Positions 24,840-36,559 of a DNA stretch of 64,000 bases are shown here, one piece after another. The position numbers were made by a program, and so were the translations under genes. This stretch comes from Lama glama (lineage: Eukaryota): contig CM052816.1 in NCBI GenBank assembly GCA_028534125.1, positions 33,544,001 through 33,608,000 on the forward strand, in the 5' to 3' direction. Each line of letters starts with the position of its first letter. Positions within the stretch are counted from its first letter, which is position 1. Below the pieces are notes generated by a model. It did no database searches. It worked only from the letters and a program-made list of their open reading frames with translations, and was not told the origin of the DNA.

Positions 24840-25177
24840 CCAATCTCATCCCATGCCTTCAGTCAAGTGCTATTAACCTTGCCTGGAATGTGCTTCCCCC
24901 CTCAAACTCAGTTTTCCAGGATTAAGTCAGACATTAGACTAACAGAAATTTTTCCCTCATCGCCTTTATTGGAGGTAGTTTTCCCTAGATTCTGAATTTC
25001 TATAGCACTATTTTAAACCAAATACATATCTCTCTGTCATAATCTTTTTACTCTGTATTATGGCTATTTATATACAAGATGGAATTTATCAGAGCTCATA
25101 AGCTCCTTGAAGGCAGAATGTTGCTTTAATTTATTATCCCCCCACTATGTGTTTAACTTGACCAAATAAATAAATAA
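24840..25177 (+). mobile_element. L2 3' fragment
   Basis: ttgcctggaatgtgcttcccc...ataagctccttgaaggcagaa...aaataaataaataa. Confidence 0.65.
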
Positions 25178-26243
25178 TCTGTACTCTACTAGAAAACTGA
25201 ATTCCTGGGAATTTTGAATATAAAGTAACTATTATTCTCAATACTAAAATTAGTTACCTACTCTTAAAATTAATTGTGCTTAAACTTGTCATATGTAGCA
25301 TATATGCATACTAAATAAAATCTCCACTGCAAAAAGATTTAAATAAAATTGATAAGGAAAAATATTAGTGTTTCATGTACAAATATTTAGGCCTTCTGAT
25401 AATACTTCTGCTGAAATTTAAGTATGGTTCAAGTTTCTGAAGGATGTTTCCAATAACAAAAAGGCGAACAGTCCTATTAATATCACTGTGGAAAGATCAC
25501 ATGGTTTAACAGAGAGGATGGATATTTCACAAAGGAAGATGCTATTTGGATTAATGGGTAGGTGGAAACATCTAGTCTAGTTCTTTCTTTAGAAGAATTC
25601 TGTAAAAAATTGTACTTGAATGCAGAAGCATCTATTAGAGCTAATTCTCTCTGTATAATGTCAGTGATTTTGTGTAATTCCTTTCTGTCTTGAACTTCTG
25701 AGCCTCATAAATTAAAAATTACTTATTAGGAGAAAAAGCAATTAAAATCAGGCCCTTAGGTTATACTCACAAGTTTATAGTGGGTCAGAATCGGAAGAGT
25801 ATAACCAGAGAGATAGTGAATGGGGAGTCCAAAGGCAGCCATGTCAGTAACAGCAGGTGACCTTGCAAAACCCAGAGTGAAGCAGACACACAGTAGATTC
25901 TGTAAGGTAATATCTAACAACTAAGAGGATTTTCCCCAAATTTTTAATAGAGAAAATGTGTAGCTTGCCAAAAAGGACGAAAAACAAACAAAGTTTCAGT
26001 AATTAGGTTTCTATGTCTTAAGGAAAACAAATACTAAAAAGTTAGATATTCCATGTTTTAATTTTTTATTATGTGTACATTGTTTAAAATGTAAATTTCT
26101 CTCCCAATTCCAAAAAGTTAGGATTGCAATTCAAAATTTTTTCTACTTTGGATATTTTACTATCTACGTTTTACTGCTATCTACATTAATAAACTTATAA
26201 AATGTGTACATCTTTCCCTTGCCTTATCAAAGAATGAATGTAC

Positions 26244-26810
26244 GTGCCAGTAAGGCTCCATTTGTGAAAACAGAAACCACACAGTTATTTTAACAGAGTA
26301 ACTTCAGGAATTTGTTAAAGAGTTATTGGATGACAGAAAGATAAAAAGAACCACTGAAGTAACAGATATAGGAACTTCACAAAGCAGCTCCTACCATGAG
26401 AGCTGGAGAAACAGAGGAAAGGCTGAGGTTATTAGAATCAATCAGCTAGTGTTGGTACCCCAGGAGCTTGGAAGAGAGACTTGCATAGCTAGGACTCAAA
26501 AATCTGAGGAAGGGCTACTGATGGGGCAGCTGCAAGCTGATGCTGATATCTCTGAGGAGGTAAATGAGGCTGTTCTGGGAGCAATGGAAATAAACTGCCA
26601 CTGCCAGGATGAAAAACTATTGCTGTCATGACACTGACATGAACAGGAAGCAAAATTAGAAGGAGCAAGTCCGCTTTCCTGTCTTTAGTTTTGCCTTCTG
26701 CCTCTTGTGCCTCAATCTGACAGGGAGCCAGATGGGGTTTGCAAAATTCCAATCCAAGGATCATAGATAAGAATAAAGAAGGGTGGGCTTGAAGCTAAGA
26801 GATAAAGAAA
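26244..26810 (-). mobile_element. ERVL solo LTR, LTR50-like
   Basis: gtgccagtaagg...aaaacagaaaccacacagttattttaacagag, tctctgaggagg, aactgccactgccagg, aggagcaagtcc, gaagggtgggcttgaagctaagaga match recalled LTR50. Confidence 0.8.
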
Positions 26811-27341
26811 AATCAGAAAGTATCAGTAATTAAACTTTTACATCTTAATGGCCATGCATACTTCAAAAATTTAATTATTTAATGTTTTAATTCTTCATTA
26901 TTTCTACATTATACCAAATGTAATCCCCCCAAAAGATAAGAATTGCAATTAAACTTTTTCATTAATATCACAGTAATAAATTTATAAAATGTGATGCTTT
27001 TTCTATGCCTTGTAACAAATAATGGGTTACTTATGTGATAATTTTATTCAAATTGCCAATGACACCTTGAACTATTTCACACTTTTGGTTTATGACATTG
27101 TGTTACAATTCATTGATTAAATTGCAGCCTTTCAGGCATTCTCTATATATTAACTAATCTCTAGATTTTTCTTCAAACATTAATACTAGTTAGAAAAAGA
27201 ATATAAAATTATAACATGAAATAACATAACTTGGGGTCAATTAGGAAATGGTATTTATAAATGAAAATATACAAGTGTTTTATTTCTAACTTTGACTCTC
27301 AAATATACACATTTTCTTCTGTAAAGCTTTACACTTTGGAA

Positions 27342-27515
27342 TAAATAATAATAACAGTACTTATGGAATGCCTAGTTCGTGCCAGATGCTGTCATGTTCA
27401 ATACACAGATCATCCTCATTATAAATGTTTGAGGGAAATATTATATCATCACTCTATAATCAAAGGAACTGAGGATCTAGAAGCGTAAGTAATTTCATTA
27501 TGATCACATGGTTAA
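27342..27515 (-). mobile_element. MIR SINE
   Basis: ataataacagtacttatggaatgcctagttcgtgccagatgctgt...ggaactgaggatctagaagcgtaagtaattt...atcacatgg. Confidence 0.65.
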
Positions 27516-27964
27516 ATAATGATCAAAATGGTTAATAATAACAAGCTTTGTCATAGTGCCATTAGCTTCAATTACACTGCACTTGATACTAGCTCCCTGT
27601 ATATTCCATTGGTAAGAGTCAAACTTGATGTCTTTCCTTAGAATGCAATAATGCTTCTTTTGAGGAAGAGTGTGACCTACCATTCTCACAATTCTCTCTC
27701 CAGACATAGCCCTGTCCTTAGCTGTGGCTTGTGATGTATACTGTTAGGAAAGTATAATATTTGAGGAGTATATCCTAATCCATAAATGATGGAATAACAG
27801 AGTCTCAGAGTTGGAGGGGATCTTAATAATCAAAGCCTAATCTAATTAGCAAATCTTTTTTCATAATACAGTAAAATTTACTAAGCAACTGCTCTTCCTA
27901 GGCATGATGCTATGCAGTATACAGGCACTATCTCATTTAATCTTTACCACAGTAGAATAAACAA

Positions 27965-29810
27965 ATACAGGAAGGTTGCTGGATACAAGATCAATGTACA
28001 AAATTTAATTATATGTTTATGTATTAGCAACAAAAAATATAAAATGAAATAGCATCATTTACAATCTTATCAAAATTCACTAAATACTTAGGAATATATT
28101 TAGGATATAGTGAGTGAGATTTGTACACTCAAAAATATAAAACTACAAAAATGCAAAACAGTACTGAAAGAAATTAATGAAGAAATACATAAAATAGAGT
28201 GATAAACCATGCCTATGAATTGGAAACTACATAGTGAAAAGATAGAAATGTTGATTCTCCTCATTATATAGTTATCTCCAAATTCAATACAATAGTCTAT
28301 AGATTCAGTTAAGTCCCAATCAAAAACTCAATGGGTTATTTTTTGTTTGTTTTTGTTCTTTGCAAAAAATTGACAAGCTTATTTCAAAATCTATATAGAA
28401 ACACAAACAGATATATGCTAGAAATATTTCTATTTGCTAGAAATAGTCAAAGCAGTTCTAATGAAGAATGAAGCTGAAGAAATTACAAAAAGTTATCAAA
28501 ATACATAAAAAGGTATGTTACTTAAAACAATGTGGTACCAGAACAAAAATAAGCAAACTGACCAGTGGAATATAATAGAGAGTGAAAAAAACATACTTAA
28601 TTTCTGGCAAAGATGACACCGCAGTCTTTTCAATAAGTAACACTAGTCAATTGGCTAGCCACATGGAAAAAAAAAACCCTATATCTTGATCTCTACTTCA
28701 CACCATACATTAGAATCAATTTCAGGTGGACTACACATTTAAAAGTAAAAGCTGCAAAACAAAGCTTCTAGAGAAAAACACAGGGAATACCTTTAAGGCT
28801 GTGAAGTACATATTTCTTATAGTGGGAAAAAGGAAAAAATGGATATATTGAACTATATTAAGATATATGACTTCTTGATGACTTTTGTACATCAAAATAC
28901 CATTAAGAGACTTCAAAAAGCAAGCTATAGTGTGGAGACAGCATACATATAAAACAACTCATCTCCAGGACTATAAACAACTCCTACAAACCAATAAGAA
29001 AAATGCAGTCAACCAAACAGAAATATGGACAAAATATAGCAACTTCCCAAAAAAGGACATTCAAATGGCCAATAAACTTATAAAAATGGGATCAACTTCT
29101 TTAATAATAAGTGGAATACAAATTGAAATTTAAACCACAGTGCAAGACCACTGTACACCCACCAGACTGACAAAAATAAAAAGACCAGAAGATAGCAAAT
29201 GTCAGTGAGGATCCAGGAAATGAGATCACTCAAGCATTGCTGGTGGGAGTGAAAAATGGCACCATTAAGTTATAAAACTGTTTAGCAGTAACTCTTAAAG
29301 ATGACCATCTGCATATTCTATATGACCCACAATTTTACTCTTAGATTAATACAGTGCATACATATCTTCACCAACGACATGTAGAAGAATGTTTACAGAA
29401 GCTGTATTCATAAGAGTCCAAAACTACCCAAATGCCAGAAATACTTAAAAGGATACACACATGTATACATAAATAATGTTTTTTACAAAATTGAATATGA
29501 CATGTAATGAGAATAAATTATTTGCAACCACATGCAACAATATAAAGAAATCTCACAAACACTTTTGAGCAGCAAAGTTAGACACAAAAGAGTATATGAT
29601 TCTACTTACACAAAGTACAAAAGGAGCAGAAGGTAACTGAGCAGTTAGAAATGAAGCAGGTGGTTTTCCTAGTGGAGTGCTAGTAAACTTATATTCTTTG
29701 AAGTAAAGGCCATTATACAAGTGTAAAACTTGTGAAAATTCAGTGATCTGTACACTTATGATGCTTTCACGTTTTCACTATACATGTTATACTTCAAGTA
29801 AATTTTTAAA
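27965..29810 (+). mobile_element. Old L1 (L1MC/MD-type) ORF2 3' half and 3'UTR
   Basis: aaggttgctggatacaagatcaat (KVAGYKIN); ORF 28885-29133 ends DIQMANKLIKMGSTSLIISGIQI; 3' end tgtacacttatgatg...gttatacttcaagtaaa. Confidence 0.85.
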
Positions 29811-30237
29811 ACACACATACCCTTAGACCTAACAATCCCTTTAATTACATAAAAACATATCACAGGTAAGTAGGAGTTATGTACAAAATGTTTATTGTAA
29901 TATTATTCTAAACATCAAGAAAATTGGAAGCAACTTGAATTTTAATTAATAGATGAATGGTAAATGTGTTGCTCTTCATTTACCACAGAATAATATGGCA
30001 ATTAAAAAGAATATTATTGGATTTCTACCAACTGACTCAGAGGGATTTTCAATGTGTGTTATTAAGTGAGAAAATCCATAGAGAAGTATACAAATTATGA
30101 TTTCATGTTTATAAAATAAATTAATCTGTGTGGGTATTTGTGTGCACATGAGGATGTGTTGATATCAGCATGTTGATAACACTGGTTACTTGGGGTGGGT
30201 AGGGGCCATAGAGTAGACAGAAAAAGAGGAAAGGAAT

Positions 30238-30281
30238 TAATACAACACTGTAAGCCAACTAAACTTCAATTAAAAAAAAAA
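30238..30281 (+). mobile_element. Extremely 5'-truncated L1 3' tip (~40 bp)
   Basis: taatacaacactgtaagccaactaaacttcaattaaaaaaaaaa matches the terminal motif of artiodactyl-type L1 tails elsewhere in the window (reverse complement of 34558-34595). Confidence 0.7.
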
Positions 30282-33200
30282 GGAGGGAGGAGTGCCAAGA
30301 TGGTGGAGTAGAAGGATGCACAGCTCACCCCCTTCCACAAATACACCTAGAATTACATCTACAGACCCACCCATTTACACAGAACACCTACTGAACTTCG
30401 GCAAAATATCTCTTACTTAGAAATACAAGAAGTACCTCACAAAAACCGGTAGGAGAAAAAAAAAGAAAAGAAAAAGGAAATTGGTGTGAGACCTTAGCAA
30501 ATTGGCAAAGAGGAAGTGGCAAAGGAGGAAAAAGTAAGCTCACACTGGGATGCTCTCTCTTCAACAAGGAGGTCAGAAGGGACAGAAAGGGAGCTTCTGA
30601 GGCTCAGAGGCAAAAACATCAGCGGCTTGGCAGACAGAACTGAGAGAAACCAACAGAGGGTCCTGGCGATCCTCAGCCCTAGACCTGAGCCAATGGGAGT
30701 GGGCTGGCACTGGCTGCTGGAGCTTGGGGAGGTGCCTGGGGAGAGGGCTAGGGTTGACTGCGTAGAGGCAGCCTCAGGAGGCTGGAGTATGGTGTGGGCT
30801 AAGGCTGGAAATGTGTGCAAAACAGAATAGCCTGGGACCCCTATAAAAAAGTAGCACTGCTGGTGCGCATTGAGAGGACAGGTGCAACACACCCGGGCCA
30901 TAGACACTGTCTCTGCTAGCCCAGAGAGCTTGCCTGGTACCACTGTTGTTGGTGCGTTCTAGCGAGAAGAGAGGTGGGGCTCAGTCACAGCCATCACAAT
31001 CACTGGTGTGCAGCTTTCAGGGGGAGGTGGGGCTGAAACCTGAATCCATACCCAGGGGCCCTGAAACTTCACAGTCTGCCCTGAGATTTGATTACAGCCC
31101 CAGGCAGAGGGGGAGGATTTGCTCCACTGGTGCCTTTGTAGACCTTTGCCTCTTAGAAGAACAAGCAATGTGTGGAGCCCTGGAGCACACTGGGGTGGGT
31201 TTGGTGTTAACAGTGAGCCTGCAGACCATAGGTGGATGTGGAGCTGGTGTCCACACTGACCTTGTGGCTCACCGTAGATCCAAGTGTGTGACTACACCCT
31301 CACTACAGTGGGTCCTAGTACATGATGTCGGCAGATCTGCACTGGTGTCTCTACTTCCAAACTCATTCTATGAAGCCACCATCACCCTGATATCAAAGCC
31401 AGACAAAGACATAACCAAAAAAGAAAACTATAGGCCAGTATCACTGATGAACATAGATGCAAAAATCCTCAGTAAAATAGTAGCAAACAAAATCCAACAA
31501 GACATAAAAAAGATCATACACCATGAGCAAGTTGGATTCATCCCAGGGACACAAGGATGGTTCAACATACCCAAATCAAGGAATGTGATACACCACATGA
31601 ACAACAAAAAGAGGACAAAAATCACATGATCATCTCAAAAGATGTAGAAAAAGCATTTGATAAAATTAAACACCCATTTATGATAAAAACTTTTACCAAA
31701 GTGGGTATAGTGGGACCATATCTCAACAAAATAAAAGCTATTTATGACAAACCCACAGCATAATGGTGAAAAGTTGAAAGCCTTCCCACTAATATCTGGA
31801 ACAAGACAAGGATGCCCACTCTTACCACTTCTATTCAGTATAGTATTGGAAATCCTAGCCATAGCCATCAGGCAAGAAAAAGAAATAAAAGGGATCCAAA
31901 TTAGAAGAGAAGAGGTAAAATTGTCACTATATGTGGATGACACAATACTATATATAGGAAACCCTAAAGGCTCCACACAAAAACTACTAGGGCTGGTAAA
32001 AGAATTCAGCAAGGTAGCAGGATACAAGAACCAGTTGCATTTCTTTACATTAATAATAAAATATCAAAAAAAAAAGAAAGTAAAGAAACAATCACTTTTA
32101 AAATCAGATCCAAAAAATAAAATACTTAGAAACAAATCTGCCCTAGGAGGTGAAAGACTTATATACAGAGAACTACAAAGGAGCACTGATTAAGGAAATC
32201 AAAGATGACTCAAAGAAATGGAAAGGTATCCCATGCTCCTGAGTTGGAAGAATCAATATCCTTAAAATGGGCATACTACCCAAAGCAATCTACAGATTCA
32301 ATATGATCCCTATCAAACTACCCAGGACATTTTTCACAGAACTAGAACAGATAATCCTAAAATTTATATGGACTCACAAAAGACCCAGAATTGCCAAAGC
32401 AATGCTGAAGAAAAAGAATGAACCTGAAGGAATAAGCCTCCCAGACTTCAGACAATACTGCAGAGCTACAGTAATCAAAATAGCATGGTACTGGCATCAA
32501 AACAGACATTTGGATCAATGGAACAGAATAGAAAGTCCAGAAATAAACCAACAGACCTGTGGTCAATTAATCTTTGACAAAGGAGGCAAGAATACACCAT
32601 GGAGAAAGGACAGTCTCCTTAGCATGTGATGTTGGAAAAACTGGACAGCTGCATATAAATCAATGAAGTTAGAACACTCCCTCACACCATGCACAAAAAT
32701 AAACTCAAAATGGCTTAAAGACTTAAACATAAGACAAGACACTATAAACCTCTTAGAAGAAAACATAGGCAAAATAGTCTCTGACATAAATCTTAGCAAT
32801 GTTCTCCTAGGACAGTTTACCGAAGCAATAGGAATACAAGCAAAAATAAACAAATGGCACCTAATTAAACTTATAAGCTTTTGCACAGCAAAGGAAACCA
32901 TACACAAAACAAACGACAACCTATGAAATGGGAGAAAATATTTGCAAATGATGCAACTGACAGAGGTTTAATTTTCAGAATATATAAACAGTCCACACAA
33001 TTTAATAACAACAGCAAAAACCAACAACCACCACCCAATCCAAAAATGGACAGAAGACTTAAACAATGAAGACATTCAAATGGCTAATAGGCACATGAAG
33101 AAATGCTCAATATTGCTAATTACCAGAGAAATGCAAATCAAAACTAGAATAAAGTATCACCTCACACCAGTCAGAATGGCCATCATTAAAAGAGTCCACA

Positions 33201-33980
33201 AACAATAAATGCTGGAGACGGTGTGAAGAAAGGGGAACCCTCCTACACTGTTGGTGGGAAAGTAGTTTGGTGCAACCATTATGGAAAACAGTATGAAGAT
33301 TCCCAACAAACTAAAAATAGACTTAACATATGACCCAGCAATACCACTCCTGGGCATATATCTGAAGGGAACACTAATTTGAAAAGATACATGCACCCCA
33401 ATGTTCATAGCAGCACTATTTACAATAGCCAAGACATTAGAACAACCTAAATGTCCATTGACAGATGACTGGATAAAGAAGTTGTGTATTTATACAATGG
33501 AATACTACTCAACCATAAAAAGGAATAAAATAATGCCATTTGCAGCAACACAGATAGACCTGGAGGTCATCAGTGCAAGTGAAGTAAGCCAGAAAGAGAA
33601 AGAAAAATACCATATGATATCAGTCATATTTGGAATCTAAAAAAAGAAAAAAAGACATTAATGAACTCATCTACAAAACAGAAACAAGACTCACAGACAT
33701 AGTAAACAATCTTAGGGTTACTGGGGGAAAAGGGTGTGGGAAGGGATAAATTGGGAGTTTGAGATATGCAAATATTATCTACCATATATAAAAATAGATT
33801 AAAAAACCTAATTTCTTCTGTATAGCACAAGGAACTTTATTCAATATCTTATAGTAACCTTAAATGAAAAAGAATATGAAAACAAATATAGGTATGTGTA
33901 CGTATGACTGCAACACTTGCTGTACACCAGAAATCGACACATTTTAACTGACTAACTGACTGTACTTCAATTTAAAAAAA
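30282..33980 (+). mobile_element. Camelid-type L1 with complete 5' end but internally deleted (no ORF1, no endonuclease)
   Basis: 5'UTR start ggagggaggagtgccaagatggtggagtagaagg; abrupt join at ~31350 to ORF2 [15 protein letters not shown]-terminus, 3'UTR and poly(A) present. Confidence 0.92.
31352..33640 (+). pseudogene. L1 ORF2 reverse transcriptase and C-terminal domain, frameshifted
   Basis: ORF track pieces: [44 protein letters not shown] (YADD decayed to YVDD), [20 protein letters not shown]; several frameshifts and stops. Confidence 0.92.
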
Positions 33981-34299
33981 GAGGACAGAAGAGTCTTACA
34001 CAGATAGATACACAAGACTACACTTTGAAAAAGAGGTTTAACGTTAAAAAAGAAAAAAAATCATATATACTCTGCTCTCGTGCAACTGTACGTGGGTATA
34101 AACAGATAAATTGAAGACTGGTCTTTTAAATGTTAATGAATTTCTCTCAGGATTATGGGATTTCATGTGAATTTTTAAACTTTATTTTTTATGCATATAT
34201 ACATGGCTTGAATTTTTACTATGTGTATGTGCTAATTATATGATCAAAATTACAAGAAAATTCTTTTGATTATTAAAATAAATCAATGATAGGTGAAGA

Positions 34300-35160
34300 A
34301 ATTGGTACTTATGAGAAATTTTAAATAAACATTGATTAAAAGGCTACTGAGTAATTTGGGAAGGTATTTAAAATCAAGATGTTACTAAAATACAGTAACA
34401 TAAATATGGAACTACTAGCCTTTTCATACACAAGCAATAGCCCATTAAAAATACAATGGAAAAATTTCAGTTACAATTAAGTAACAAACTTTAAAAGTGT
34501 ACTAGAATCTGTAAGAAGAAAACTATAAAGCCTACTGAAAAATATAAGAGAAACTTTTTTTTATTGAAGTATAGTTGATTAACAATGTTGTGTTAGCTTC
34601 AGGTGTACATCAAAGTGATTCAGTTTTATATATTTATGTGTATACTCTTTTCCAGATTCTTTTCCATTATAGGTTATTACAAGATATTGAATATAGTTCC
34701 TTGTGTTATACAGTAGGTCCTTGCTGTTTATCTATTTAATATATAGTAGCATGTATATATTAATCCCAAGAGAAACTTTAATAAATGGAAAGATATACCT
34801 GTTCTTGGTTAAGAAGAACAAAAATTATAAAAGAGTGTCTTCTTAAATTAGCTTGTAAATTTAACATATTCACAATGCCTACTACCTCCTAAGAACTATG
34901 TAAGTGCTAGACAGATAGATAAAATAAAAATGGCTTTTTTATGATAGAGGGAGAGAGAGACAAGTTTCCTAGTTTGTATGAAAAAAAAAACAAGAAAATT
35001 CTGAAAAATAAACTACAGTAATTAAAAGTTTGATGCTAGCACAGATTGAATAAACCAAGGAAAGAATCTATGAATAGACACAAATGTCCACAGGGATGTA
35101 GTATATGATAAACGTGATACTTTAAGTCAGTGAGGAAATATGGATTATTTAAGAGATGAG
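34300..35160 (+). mobile_element. Ancient L1ME ORF2 remnant
   Basis: gaagaaaactataaagcctactgaaa...aataaatggaaagatatacctgttcttggttaagaaga (NKWKDIPVLG-like), continuous across the 34558-34767 insert. Confidence 0.65.
34558..34767 (-). mobile_element. Short 5'-truncated artiodactyl-type L1 3' end
   Basis: attgaagtatagttgatt...ttccattataggttattacaagatattgaatatagttcc; perfect 12-bp TSD aagagaaacttt (34546-34557, 34768-34779). Confidence 0.9.
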
Positions 35161-35542
35161 AATGACCATCAATAATGAATTAGGTTGCTGCAAACTTTAT
35201 CTAAGTAACTGGGATATGTACAGCTCAGTTTGGGTATATAATAGTAGTCACTGAAAACCTTTGAGGAGACAGATGTAATTAGATATTCCCTTGGTTAGAA
35301 AGATAGCAAGCTTATACACACACACCCCAGACATTTTAAATAAATCCCTGAGGTGCCCTAATCTTTTTTGAGGGCCACTGCTACCTTGGATAAAAGATTC
35401 ACATGAAGCAAATCTGACAGAATTCCCAAGAAAAGGTAATCAGCATCATATAACCAACCAATCTTTTAAACCAATGACTGGATTTAGAACTATTTAGAGA
35501 TTCATGACTCAAGCTCTATCAGTAAGTGTGCAAAGTAGAAAG

Positions 35543-36024
35543 TGCGGGAAGCATGGAAAGTTCCTTCTACACTTTTGAGTTCTTTTGGCTGGCTTAATAA
35601 TTAAGTTGACACAAGACAAATTAACAGAAAAACAAGAATTTGTATGTACAGAGGTCTTATAGAAATATGACCTAAAGAAATGACCAAAGCAGGTAGTTTT
35701 AATACTTTTTAGGCAAAGGAAAAATAAATTCATGAAGAACTGACAAAACAAAGAAACTTGGGTTTGGGTACTAATTAGTGAAAAATCTAAACTGTTTGTT
35801 TACACAGCCTTCTCTACCCTGAATTCCCTATCTCTGGATGTCTCTCTACCTCCTGGTGCAGAGAGGGTACCTTTCATATGGGAGATTTGTTTCCTGCTTT
35901 CAGGGAGACCGAACGGAGGTCAAAGTGTCCTTCTTGCACTGATTGTTTCCTAAGGAACTTAAACTCAAAATCATTAATACGCTGCTTTGGCATCTTTTGT
36001 GGTGGCCTACTCTGGGCCTCAACA
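35543..36024 (-). mobile_element. ERV1 solo LTR (MER34/MER39-like)
   Basis: Minus strand begins tgttgaggcccagagtaggccaccacaaaagatgcc; contains ctgttaatttgtcttgtgtcaacttaattattaagccagccaaaagaactc near its 3' end. Confidence 0.7.
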
Positions 36025-36559
36025 GACCTCAATGGATTCTCAAACTCTGTTCACGCATGGTTAGAATCTCTCTAAAAATTTTTAACACTTCCACATATCT
36101 TAAATAACTTAAATTTCACCAATGGGCTTCCATTTCTGATCTTCATCAAGTTAGTGAACAGGTAACAATTTTCAACAGAGAAACTTAAAAAAAAAAAGTC
36201 AATTTCTGACATTCAATGTGCTAATTAGAAAAACATGGCTTGATAGAGATGGGTGTAACAGAAGAGCTTGTAGCTGCTTCTCAGGAGTATGGGGCTTTCT
36301 GATTTAACGCTAGCTAACCTGTATTACAGCTCAACCTAAGTAACACACATAAATATCACAATATAAATACTAAAGAATTTTCCAAGTAAACTGTAGACAT
36401 TGTGGCACTTACATTCATATGTCACTATTTACACCAAACTGTATGTCAGGCAGAGAATTTTTTAATGTAAAATAAAAGGCAGATGAGGGTACAAAAATGA
36501 AAATATGAGAAACATTCTGAATTCTCCCTCTCTTTCTCTCTCAGCAATCAAACAAAAAC

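Noticed and set aside
25781..25856. Possible extra exon ending cag|gtgacc
   Set aside because: No polypyrimidine tract, and its exit phase would break the hydrophobic-tail frame.
26695..26725. CTCF site carried by the LTR50 consensus
   Set aside because: The motif region is deleted or decayed in this copy.
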